Notes under the pieces: generated by a model
Databases searched by the model: none
The model's input: only the letters and a program-made list of their open reading frames with translations
Told to the model about the DNA's origin: nothing
Program-made: the position numbers and the translations under genes
Shown: positions 13,059 to 25,057 of the stretch, in pieces
Layout: every line of letters starts with the position of its first letter
Position numbering within the stretch: the first letter of the stretch is position 1
Assembly (NCBI RefSeq): GCF_006345805.1
Contig: NC_043009.1
Span: forward strand, 56,916,001 to 56,980,000
Source: Octopus sinensis
Taxonomy: Eukaryota
DNA: 64,000 nt
Direction: 5' to 3'

Positions 13059-13079
13059 CAGTTACAGGGCTCACATAAT
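13059..13079 (-). CDS. Micro-exon, 21 nt: (D)YVSPVT
   Basis: Paralogue of the 33-nt exon; ancestral acceptor tttag is now ttttg, and the next AG 9 nt downstream (ttttaag|AT) keeps frame; donor ACTG|gtatga. Confidence 0.6.
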
Positions 13080-13736
13080 CTTAAAAACCAAAACAAAAGA
13101 AAAAAATTAATTAGGAAATGAAAATATAATCTGTGCAACAGCATATTAAAGTGTGTTTGTTTGTGAATGTAACATTATGCCAGTGACACCTGATTCATGC
13201 TCATGCAGGTGGCACAATAAAAGCATCATTTGAGTGTGGTTGACGCCCGTGTCTCTTAACTGGCTCCCATGCTGGTGGCATGCAAAAAACAACATTCAAG
13301 CATGTTCATTGCCAGAGCCACCTGACTGGCCCCCATGCTGGTGGAATATAAAAAGCATCCATAATACTCTCAAATCGGTTGGTGTTAGGAAGGGCATCCA
13401 GCCGGAAAAACCTTGCCAGATCAGATTGCAGCCTCGTGCAGCCTTCTGGCTTGATAGTACTCAGTTAAACCATGCAACCCATGCCAACATGGAAAGTGGA
13501 CGTTAAATGATTATGATGTTGATGATGATGATGATGACGACGACGACAACAAGATATGCGTATGAAACTTTGTATGCATAAATTTCATTCCTACATAAAT
13601 TGTGTCTTTTAACATACAACAGGATTGTCATGAATGGAGTGCTTGTAACCATAAATCTATTTGATTAGGGCAGACTTGCAACAAAAAAACAAACAGAACA
13701 TGGTAACAGGATAATAATATTAAAATAAATTCATAC

Positions 13737-13763
13737 CGGGTGGAGGAAGCTTTTTCCCATTAT
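13737..13763 (-). CDS. Micro-exon, 27 nt: xNGKKLPPP
   Basis: Acceptor ttttttcgtttttgcag|AT, donor CCCG|gtatga. Confidence 0.75.
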
Positions 13764-14314
13764 CTGCAAAAACGAAAAAAATATTAGAAAATGAAAATAT
13801 AATCATGTAATCATGTGAGGATGGTTGATGCCTATACTGCCTCACAGGTTCCTATGCTGGTGGTGTGTAAAATGCACCATTCAAGCGTTGTCAATGCCAG
13901 TGCCACCTGACTGGCTCCTGTGCTGGTGGAATGTAAAAAGCACCCACAACACTATCAGAGTGGCTGGCATTAGGAAGGGCATCCAGCTGTAAAAACCTTG
14001 CCAGATCAGACTGCAGCATGGTGCAGCCTCCTGGCTTGCTAGCCTCAGTCACACCATCCAACCCATGTCAGCATGAAAAGTGGATGTTAAATAATGATGA
14101 TGATGATGATGATGATGATGACGATGACGAGATATGCGTATGAAACTATGTATGCATAAATTTCATTCCTACATAAAATGTGTCTCTTAACATACGATAG
14201 GATTGTCATGAATGGAGTGCTTTTAACCATAAATCTATTTGATTAGGGCAGACTTGCAACAAAATAACAAAGAGAACATGGTAACGGGATAATAATATTA
14301 AAATAAATTCATTC

Positions 14315-14341
14315 CGGATGAAGGAGGCTTTTCCTCTTCAT
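14315..14341 (-). pseudogene. 27-nt micro-exon copy with dead donor: xEEEKPPSS
   Basis: Acceptor ctcatttttgcag|AT intact; donor reads CCG|gaatga versus CCG|gtatga in the two paralogues. Confidence 0.7.
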
Positions 14342-15739
14342 CTGCAAAAATGAGAAAAATATTAGAAAATGAAAATATAATCGTGTAATCAGTTCTAATG
14401 AAGGGACGAGGGATAAGAATGAATACATATATGTTCATATATACGGATTTTGGTATGTGCAAAAGCATATGAAAGTGTCAGTCTGCATGTAAATGTATGT
14501 ATATACCTGTGTACAAATGTGTATGAATCTATGTATGTGTACCTATCATAAATATATACATATATGTATACAAATATATATACACATATTTATATGAATG
14601 TCTATATGTATGCATATAAGTGCATCTGTAAGACAACCTCCCAAGGGGAGTGGGAAGTCATAGGAATACAAACACCAGCAAATCTAGGAAGCATCAAATA
14701 TGTTGGTGTAACCCTCCCTTTGCTAATAACACAATAGATCCTATGACAAGAATCTTTAATAACCTATCAGAGAAAAACATCTCCCTTCAACATAGGTATT
14801 ACATAATCTTTGATAGAAAACCATCAAATCGTTTATTGTGTGACCCTGAATTTGGAAACTTGTCGTAGTTGCATTTAATAAGTACAAGCTAAATAAGTCG
14901 TAATGCAACTCCACACTACCACCACTTTTGTTTGCAAATGTGAGGAAATTAAACCCCAATCTTCAAGGTATCATACTTTGAGTCACATAGAAATAGAAGC
15001 TAAGACTGTGTCTTCCGGTGAGCAGTCAAGGGTATTTTCCACTACCGCTGACTCTGATGCTACCACAAGCCCCATAATTGAGCCAGATACTAGAGCCAAA
15101 CATCTCATCACACCCCAATCAGGTACTACAGATCATTACTGGCAACTACATCTCCTCCAAAACAAAAGTATAATTTTCAACCTGGGAAAATCTATCCTTT
15201 GAATGGAAATTGTGACCAAACTAAGGTACTGTATGAGAGTTTGGTACCTTCTGGTTCTACCACTAGATCTTAAACCAGATTGATTACTAATCCTGTGAAG
15301 CTCAAAATCACAACCCATAGACATGCTCCTTGTAATGATAGTCTAAAATCCAATATCTTCTTAGCTGAATATTTTCACTCATTCAATTCCGAAATGGTCG
15401 GCTCTGGCAAAAATTCTCATCATTCTATCAGAAACCTTGCTGTAGATGTACGTGTTTAATGTTAAATTTCGCATTGACCCTGTACTATGATATTGGATTC
15501 ATAAGGCTATAACAGTAGTTTTCTATTATATTTTGCATAATATATATTCTGTCTTTCTACAATTATTTCATTATCATCATTGTTATTTTTTTTATTTACC
15601 CATTACTTGCTATTGTACATTATCTTATTTTATTATCTTATTTTATTTCATTTTACTTTTCTTCATTCCATTATACTTTTTCTAACAATGATTGGTGTTC
15701 ATTAAAGATTTCCCTTGACCCACTTTCCAAGGATCAAGA

Positions 15740-16790
15740 TAAGCAAAACGTGGCATAATTAATAATCCTTCTCTACACAGCAATCACTAATGGTGACACA
15801 CTTCTCCCATTGCTTAATGCAGCTGTGAAGATCTCATCCGTAGAAGTCAGTAGGTTGTGTCTGGAGCCAAGACTTTAGCTCAAATATAAGTTCTTCATCA
15901 TTCAAAAAGTGCTTCCCCTTCAAAAAAGACTTCATGGTTGGAAAGAGGTGGACATTGGATGGTGTGAGATTGGGAGAGCAAGAGAGATGAGGGAGAATTT
16001 TATAGCCACAGGGGAATACTTTCATCCGGGCAATGTGCACATTGTGATCTGAGGTGTTGTCTTAGAGGAGGCAGACTCCCTTGGTCAGCACATCACACCT
16101 CTCTGCTTTGATAGCATTCTGCAAATTCTGCAGCAGAGAAGCATAATATGCCACATCAATTGTGATGCCCTTTGCCAGAAAAATCTATCACCATTACTCC
16201 ATGCAGGCTCCAAGAGACTGTGAGCATCACATTGCTTGCTGAGGGTTGGACACAAGCCCGCTTTGGAGGTGGTGAGTTATTATGCTTTCATTGCTTTGAC
16301 TGGACTTTAGTCTCACGATCATAGCAATGGATCCATGTTTCATTCTATGTGATAAGTACCAAAAATGTCCTTTTTATTTTCTTGACACATTGCCAAAAGA
16401 ATCTGGGAGCAATTGGCTTGTTCCTACTTCTGAAAAGGTGTAAGCATCTGGGGAATCCATCATGCAGACAACTTTTGCATGTGAAAATGGTCATGAAGGA
16501 TTTTTTCCACAGACCCTACATTTATCTTCACTGCTTGGGCTAGTTCCCAAATAGTTATGTGGCAATCCTCCAAAATAGATGGATAGCGTCATCATCAGTG
16601 GTGCAATGCAGTCATCCAAGAATAGGAGCAGTTTCCACCATCATCCGACCACATTTGAACTGGCAATGCCAGTGCTTGACTACATCATATGATGGTGCAT
16701 CATCACCATAAACTTCGTGTATCTCATCAAAAGTCTCTTTTGGTGTAAATCCTTTCCACTATAAGAATCTGATCACTGATCTGCATTCAA
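15740..16790 (-). mobile_element. Degenerate mariner transposase relic
   Basis: LPHLSCSPNLTPSNVHLFPTMKSFLKGKHF (PxYSPDLAPxDxxLF motif), plus ITYRMK/WIHC region upstream. Confidence 0.8.
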
Positions 16791-16895
16791 CTACCTCCAT
16801 TATAACACCTTAGTCCACTTCAGCAGTTGTAAAATGCAAATGAATACTATTGGAAAGCTGCAATTTACAACGTGTCATGTAGAGACATGTATGAT

Positions 16896-16981
<86 letters not shown>

Positions 16982-17014
16982 TTTATATTCAGGGCATTAC
17001 TATACATAAATGCC

Positions 17015-17200
17015 TCCTCTAATATGTGGCACTTGGTGAAGAATGGAGTTTGATGTAGCTACCCTCATTTGCACCTCTTGCCATGAGGTAGGTTCATCTG
17101 GGACTCTCGACAGGAAGAGGTCCAGCCTTGACTTAAAAAGCCCTACATCTACTTTGTGCAGGTTCCTCAGGCCCTTTGGGAGAATATTAAAAAGCTTTTT
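17015..17200 (-). mobile_element. CR1/L2-like LINE 3' end fragment
   Basis: [42 protein letters not shown], a typical CR1/L2 C-terminus. Confidence 0.7.
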
Positions 17201-17204
17201 TTTA

Positions 17205-17230
17205 CGAATATATATATGTATATATACATG

Positions 17231-17292
<62 letters not shown>

Positions 17293-17310
17293 TTATATAT
17301 ATATATATAT

Positions 17311-17343
<33 letters not shown>

Positions 17344-17483
17344 GCATATATATGTGTATATATATATATAAATATATATATACATATATATGTGTATATA
17401 TATATATAAATATATATATACATATATATATATGTATATATATATATGTATATATATGTATATATATATATATATATATACAC

Positions 17484-17534
<51 letters not shown>

Positions 17535-17810
17535 CATATATATATACATATATATATACATACAACCATACATACATACAACCATACATACATGCATACA
17601 TACATACATACATGCATACATACATGCATACATACATACATACATACATGCATACATGCATACATACATACATACATACATACATACATACATACATGCA
17701 TACATGCATACATACATACATACATACATACATGCATACATACATTCATACATACATACATACATACATACATACAACCATACATACATGCATACATACA
17801 TATATATGAT
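17205..17810. repeat. Compound (TA)n/(TACA)n microsatellite
   Basis: Direct reading; source of the YI/MYVC ORFs. Confidence 0.95.
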
Positions 17811-17945
17811 ATTAGAACTTAGGACTAAAGACATGTAACTGAATACACCTCTTACTATAAAAGACACTGAATCTCATACTGTACTGATTCTTCCAATCCA
17901 TTCACACTGAACATAAAAAGAGCATTAAAATGGGTTCATACATAC

Positions 17946-18035
17946 TGTCTGTAAGTGTTAAGTCAGGCATATCTGCAGGTTTTAAAGCATCTTTGATACT
18001 GTCAAATGATGTAGATTCTGGACGTGATCTTTTTG
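17946..18035 (-). CDS. Exon, 90 nt: (T)KRSRPESTSFDSIKDALKPADMPDLTLTD
   Basis: Acceptor tgtgtatattgttag|CA, donor GACA|gtatgt; phase 1-1; corresponds to the middle of track ORF 17902-18117. Confidence 0.8.
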
Positions 18036-18085
18036 CTAACAATATACACAGATACAAAGATACATATATAATATATATATACACA

Positions 18086-18224
<139 letters not shown>

Positions 18225-19000
18225 CAAATGTATAGAAAAACAAAAGACGAAGACAAGTGTAGGAATGACAAGTAGGTGTATTAGCTAAATGCTCAGGAAA
18301 AATGGAAGAGTCTTTTATGTTTCAAGCCTATGCTCTTCAACAGAATGGAATAAAAGGTAAAAAATTTAAGAGAAAATGAAAAAAATGAAGAGAGATGTGG
18401 TAAGGTGGTTTTTAGATGGTGGTGAATGTGGAGGAGGAAGGATTTACAAATAGGCATGCTGTAGAAAGGATGATAAAAGAGAAAAAAAGAGAAATAAGTT
18501 TAAAAGGCCAGAGGATGGCAAAGTTTTTAATGTATGGAGTTCAAAAGTTCAGAAAGTTCAAAAGTGATGGTAGATTAGAGCAATTTACATCAATGAAAAT
18601 AGCCAGAGAGACCCATGAAGGTAGAGTCCAAAAGAGTATGAAGATCTAGTGGTAATCTGAGTGGAGTGCTGGTATGTGAATGAGGAGATGTACTGAAAGT
18701 TTGGTAAGTGGTCAAGATATACAAGTCCAATAGAGTGGGAAGTTCAGGATCAAACTGGGGTAATCACATGAGCGTAAAATATATTGTTCAAATTTATAGA
18801 AAAACAAACACCAAAGACCGGTGTAGGTGCAACAAGCAGGTATATTAGCTTAACACAAGGAAAAATGGAAAATTGTTTTACATTTTGAGCCTATGCACTT
18901 CAACAGAATGGAATAAAAGGCAAAAAATAGAGAGAGAGAGTGAAAAAAAGAGAGAGTTGTGGTAATGTGTTTTTCAGGCAGTGGTGAAGGTAGAGGATGA
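18225..19000. mobile_element. Penelope-like terminal fragment with direct partial repeat (18225-18400~18785-18960); related sequence at 47700-47850
   Basis: Repeated agaaaaacaaaagacgaagac..gtttc(a/g)agcctatgctcttcaacagaa block, which adjoins a GIY-YIG relic at 47416-47600. Confidence 0.55.
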
Positions 19001-19638
19001 AGAATCACTAAGCAGAAATTTGTATAAACACAAACTTGTTACCATTTCAGATATCACTTATTAAATTCCTGCCACAGTACTGTAACTGGCTGCACTAATT
19101 GGTGGCTCACGATAATGAGCACGACCAGACACAGAAACAGCTGTAGATGGAACACCCTCCTATTTTTCAGATCCTTTTTATTTATTGTTCTTAACCATGA
19201 TATTTTGGGTCACTTTTATCTCATATTTTAGATGTATTACAAATTTTAGATGATTTAGGGGGTCTACCATTTTGAAGATTGACATTTTTATTCCTATATT
19301 TACCAACTTCTCATTCGCTTTGTACCACCCTATATTTATCATGCATAACTTTTTATATGCAGTCCTTATTTATATGTGATTTTATAAGTATTTTTATATA
19401 TTTTTATATGCTTTTATATCTCTCCTATATTTTTATGTATGTTTGGTTTTATTCTTTAACCCTTGGAGAAACTTTATGCCTATACATGCATGATTCATGT
19501 TGATATGTATAAATATACATGATTCAATTACATTGATTGAATATCTTCATTTATGCATTCAGGAATTTGGTTGACTGCCTAGGATTTGCATTTTTCATTT
19601 TCCTCTAATTTGTATTATATAAATATATATATATGTAT

Positions 19639-19700
<62 letters not shown>

Positions 19701-21154
19701 TATCATTAATATATTTTAGGTAAATAACAATTTATCTTCATAATATAATATTTCGTTTTTGGATTTGGTTTGCAAGATTCTTTATATGAGTTTGTGTGTT
19801 GAAGCATATTCTGTTGTGTCTGGGGAGAGTTATTTTCTTTTTGTGCCTTATTATGTAAAACATTCACCGGTAAAATTTCCACTTCTTTCTTATTTTTATT
19901 GTCCTAAAATTTTCGTTGTGTCTTGCAACCTTTTCAATAGTTTTGACTCTCAAAAGTATTGAAAAGGTTGCAAGACGCAATGAAAATTTTAGGACAATAA
20001 AAATAAGAAAGAAGTGGAAATTTTACCGGTGAGTGCGTCACATAACAAGGCACAAAAAGAAAATGACTCTCCCCAGACACAACTTCATAATATAAAATAT
20101 CTTTAAATATCTTGAATTATTTAGTCTGTCTGGCTTTTGGTACCTTGCCAAAACCACCATGCTGCATATTACTACTATCAAGATTATCATCTTAGAGAAC
20201 AAAATGAGCTAGCAGAATTGTTACCACTCCAGACAAAATGCTTAGCGGCATTTTGTCCATTTTCATGTTCTGTGTTCAAATTCTGCTGAGCTTGACTTTG
20301 CTTTTCATTCTTTAGGAGTCAATAAATTAAGTACTAGTTGAGTATTGAGGTCAAAGGAAATAAATTACCCCCTCCCTCGATATTGCTGGCTTTGTGTCAA
20401 AATTCGAAACCAATATTATTATCATCTTAAAAAGATGATCTCAGTGGAATTTAAACTTTGTCAATCTTTATGTTCTGAGTTCAAATTCTGTCAAAGTCAA
20501 CTTCACTTTTCATCCTTTCAGGATTGATAAAAAAAGCACAAGTTGAACACTGGGGGGTTCATGCAATTAACTACTCAATTCCTCCAAAATTTCAGGCCTT
20601 GTGCCTCCTGTAGTAAAAAGGAGTATTATCATCTTCGAAAATGCAATGTATTTTTGTAGTACTTACACCAAATCCCAAATCCCTAATCTCTATATAAACC
20701 AGCATTTGCTCCATTTTTGCCTCTACTCGATTCTCATTGCTTTGGATGATAAACTCGGATTTCAGAAATGTGCAGCTAAGATATTTTGACTCTAACCTAG
20801 TTCATTACCGTTATGCGTTGATCTGTAACCCCTCTCTATTCTTTATCGCTCTATATTTTCTATCTCTCTCTATAGTAAACATGATGCCGCTAGCTTCCTA
20901 TCTGTCTTTAGATGATGCATTTTCTATATTCCTCCTTTATTCCAGGTTGCCTTTTCTTCCCAAATATTCCGGCATTTGCTGTTTTGCGGTTCGCCCGCCC
21001 TCCTACCCCCTCCACCAAAACCGGAAGTTAGTACCTCAGTCTACTTGTGCTTCCCCCCTCCTGTGTACACTCACCCTCACCCCTATTGTAGGGCTTATTT
21101 GATCATATAGCGCAAAAACTGTAATGTATGAAGGTTGTAGTCTAGTGTTTCTTT

Positions 21155-24110
21155 ATGAAATCTGCCAATCGCAAGTCTTCTTTTCAGGTACATTACACTT
21201 CTGCCCCCCATCCCAGGGGCCCACAGGCCCACACCTCCCACACCCTCAGAGTTGGCACACTCAATGTTGGCACATTGAAAGGTAGGTCTGGTGAGATTGT
21301 CGAGCTGCTTGAACGGAGACGTGTGGATTTGTGCTGCGTCCAAGAAGTAAGGTGGAGAGGAGGTTCCGCTAGGTTCCTTACAGGCAAGGAATACAGGTAC
21401 AAGATTTCCTGTGCAAGGAACACTGAAGGGGTTGGGGGCGTGGGTATACTTCTTGCAGAGAAATGGGTTGATAAGGTAGTCGAGGTAGTCAGAGTATGTG
21501 ACAGAATACTTAAGATTAGATTAGTGCTCTGTCATAGGTCAGCAACCATTATCTCGGCATATGCCCCCTCAGCCGGGGCTACCAGAAGGACAAAAAGACC
21601 GATTCTATGACACCCTATTACAGACTACCTCGTTGACAAATGACAGTGACCTTCTCTTTGTGGCAGGTGACTTCAATAGACATGTTGGACGGCATGTCGG
21701 GGGCTTCCATGGCATACACGGGGGCTACGGTTTTGGTTCTCGCAATGAGGAGGGAACCAGGCTGCTGGAGTTCTGCGATGCAAATGACCTTATGATTTGC
21801 AATACCAACTTCAGGAAACCCACTTCTCACCTAGTCACCTACCGTTCTGGCAGACACACTAGCCAGATCGACTACATCCTCGCCAGAAAGAGGGAAAGAG
21901 GGCTGCTTATAAATGCCAAAACCTTTCCAGGCGAGGAATGTAACCCACAACATAGACTGGTAGTTAGTGACTTTAGGATCAGGACTAAGAGGACGGCCAG
22001 AAGACGACCAACATGGAGAAGAAGGATCTGGAAGCTTAAAGATCCTGCAAATGGACAGAGATTTAGGGACATATTACTTGAAGCCTTTGACGAAATAGAA
22101 GGGGATATGGCATCACAAAATATGGAAACCAAATGGAAGTTGCTACGGGACAATCTGCTGAGTGCCACTGACCAGATCTGTGGATGGAGCAAAGTCCCAT
22201 CTTGTCCCAGGGTAACGTGGTGGTGAAACAATGTTGTAGACAGGGCTATTAGAGACAAGAGACAGGCTTGGAAGGACTGGAGGAATGGCAGTAGTAGGGA
22301 ATTGTATCAGACTGCGAAAAGAGAAGCTAGGAGACAGATATATTCAGCCAGAGGGGAAGCAGATAAGAAAAAATTTGCCAATGTTCTGCGCCGTGAGGAC
22401 GAAAGACTTGAGGTGTTTCGTGTTGCAAGTGAGTGAGAGAGAATTGTGATGTGGTAGCAGAGAAATGTGTTCGCATGGATGATGGTTCACTTGCGCTAAA
22501 TGAGGATGCAAAGAGAGAGGTTTGGAGATGCCACTATGAAAGGTTGCTCAACAAAGAGAATGAATGGGATAAAGAGAGTCTGCCGAATGTCGACCCAATA
22601 AAGGGACCAGCTATCCGAGTTGACAGTTCCATGGTAGTTAAGGCAATTAGAAGCATGAAGACAGGGAAAGCCCCAAGCCCATCAGGAATTACTGCTGAGA
22701 TGCTCAAAATATCTGGCAGTGTCAGCTATAGCCTAGTCACCCGTATAGTTAACCAGGTGATACACGAAGGAGTCATACCCAATGACTGGTGTAGTGGCAT
22801 AATAGTCAACTGCTACAAAGGTAAAGGTGACGCCCTAGATACAAATAATTACAGAGGTATCAAGCTGTTGGATCAGGTAATGAATGTTACGGAAAGGGTC
22901 ATAGCCCAACTGATTAGAGAGAGTGTCAACCTGGACGAGATGCAGTTTGGTTTCATGCCAGGGAAAAGCACCACCGATGCCATATTTCTGGTGAGACAGC
23001 TGCAGGAGAAATACCTAGCCAAAGATAAAACTCTGTTCCTGGCTTTCATTGACTTAGAGAAAGCCTTTGACAGGATCCCCCATTCCCTTATCTGGTGGTC
23101 AATGAGGAAACTAGGGATAGATGAATGGTTAGTGAGAGCTGTGCATGCCATGTACAGGAACGCTGTTAGTAAGGTGAGGGTTGGCAACGTGTACAGTGAA
23201 GAATTCCGGGTGGAGGTTGGGGTCCACCAAGGCTCAGTCCTCAGCCCTCTCCTATTTATCATAGTCCTCCAGGCAATAATGGAGGAATTCAAGACAGGAT
23301 GCCCCTGGGAGCTCCTCTATGCTGATGACCTTGCTCTAATTGCTGAGTCACAATCAGAACTCAAAGAGAAGTTTCAGGTGTGGAAGCAAGGATTAGAATC
23401 GAAGGGCCTCAGAGTCAATCTAGCTAAAACCAAAGTCCTAATAACTAGGAAGGTAAACAAATCTCAAACGCCTTCAGGTAGATGGCCCTGCTCGATCTGT
23501 AGAAAAGGCATAGGTAGGAACTCTATAAGATGCACCAAGTGTAAGCTATGGACACATAAGAGGTGCAGCAATGTCAAAGGAAGGCTAACTAGGAATATAG
23601 TTTTTGTATGTGGCAGATGCTCTGGTGCAATAAACACTGAAAATGCGCAGAGACCATCTTCCGCCACATTCCAGAGAGAAAAACTAGAAATAGTTGATAG
23701 TTTCTGTTACCTAGGTGATCAAGTCAGTAGTGGGGGTGGGTGTGCCGAAAGTGTAACTGCTAGAGTAAGAATAGCCTGGGCAAAGTTCAGAGAACTCTTA
23801 CCTCTGCTGGTGACAAAAGGCCTCTCACTCAGAGTAAAAGGCAGACTGTATGATGCATGTGTACGAACAGCCATGCTACATGGCAGTGAAACATGGGCTG
23901 TGACTGCTGAGGATATGCATAAGCTCACAAGAAATGAAGCCAGTATGCTCCGATGGATGTGTAATGTCAGTGTTCATACCCGACAGAGTGTAAGTGCCTT
24001 GAGAGAAAAGTTGGACCTAAGAAGCATCAGTTGTGGTGTGCAAGAGAGACGTCTACGCTGGTATGGACACGTGGTAAGTATGGATGAAGATAGTTGTGTG
24101 AAATTAAGTG
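21155..24110 (+). mobile_element. RTE-clade LINE, APE + RT with a Cys/His-rich insert, 3'-truncated and disrupted
   Basis: GTLNVGTL, CCVQEVRW, VAGDFN, SQIDYIL, PQHRLVV (APE); NYRGIKLL, FIDLEKAFDRI, GVHQGSVLSPLLF, LYADDL (RT); several frameshifts and stops. Confidence 0.93.
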
Positions 24111-24359
24111 TCAGGCAATGCATGACACTTAATTTGAGGTCTCTGTTTGACAGAAATAGTAACCAAATCTGTCTTGAATCATACATTATTATCTTGAGAA
24201 AGTGGGAGAGCATTTGGTATGCTTTGACTAAATCTTATAGAGCATCAATAACATACAAGGTAAGCAAGACCGGAATATTGTCAACATAGGTGTATTGGAA
24301 GAGGAGCTGAAAGGGCTTGATATAATATAAATAACAAATAAATTCAGTTCAATACTTAC

Positions 24360-24482
24360 TCTCATCATGTCCAGTTTTCTTATCATTTTTTTCTTTTACT
24401 CTTTTGCCTTGCTCATTGCCATTTTCATTTTTTTTGCCTTCTTCTTTTTTGCCTTCTTCTGGTTTACCTTTTACGCCATCAT
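24360..24482 (-). CDS. Exon, 123 nt, K/E/G-rich: (D)DGVKGKPEEGKKEEGKKNENGNEQGKRVKEKNDKKTGHDE
   Basis: Acceptor atttcctttaag|AT, donor GAGA|gtaagt; phase 1-1, open, strongly charged low-complexity sequence. Confidence 0.82.
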
Positions 24483-24761
24483 CTTAAAGGAAATATTAAA
24501 AACATAACTTCAGGGTTGCAACTGGATATTGCCCTCATAAAAGCAATGAAATCTCCTTGTCTAATATTCTGTAATAACATTTCTGGCCAAGAAAAACATG
24601 GTCTCGTTTAGATATATGTTTTCCTTATTCTTTTCTACACACACACATGTGGATGCGCGCGCGCATACACACACACACAGACACAAACACTAATAAGTAA
24701 GTCCATATATTAATCTTTACGGGATTTCTCTTCTTGAGAAAAAATTGAAGCCGAATATATC

Positions 24762-24785
24762 TCTAATCAGGACTTTCAGCAGTAA
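24762..24785 (-). pseudogene. Deleted fourth copy of the 66-nt exon (acceptor intact, donor lost): xTAESPD*
   Basis: Compared with the copy at 27977-28042, about 86 nt covering most of the exon and its donor are missing; read-through hits TAG. Confidence 0.7.
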
Positions 24786-25057
24786 CTTAAAAGAAATGAA
24801 AAAGAATAAGGAACTGAACAACAACATATGTACTAAGATGTAAGATACAATATGGATATTATACTATGATATATCCACACATTACATAGTCCTCCAATCA
24901 GTCTCCCCATGATTCAACTTAGTCAAGTTCTCCTACTGTAATGACAGTCATCATATATATATTTTCATAAATATACATACATATACATACATACACATAT
25001 GTGTATGTATATGTGTATATATATAATGTAGATATATATACATATATATATAGAGAT

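Larger units (their letters stand above)
5960..15405. repeat. Local tandem duplication of about 5-kb micro-exon cassettes (unit about 5960-10430 vs about 10900-15405, with internal extra duplications)
   Basis: Matching blocks: 6250-6960~11250-11960; 6970-7380~12760-13160; 7440-7870~13810-14240; 8880-9420~14120-14640; 7880-8550~9740-10430~14810-15405. Confidence 0.9.

Noticed and set aside
17000-17867. Long ORFs of YI/MYVC/HT type (also 5077-6075, 46277-46741, 49781-51573, 52871-53964)
   Set aside because: Translations of TA, TG, ACAT, TTA and CAC microsatellites.
19080-19140. 54/60-nt candidate exon AVSVSGRAHYREPPISAA
   Set aside because: Purine-rich acceptor context and weak donors (gttaca, gtactg); not supportable without cDNA.
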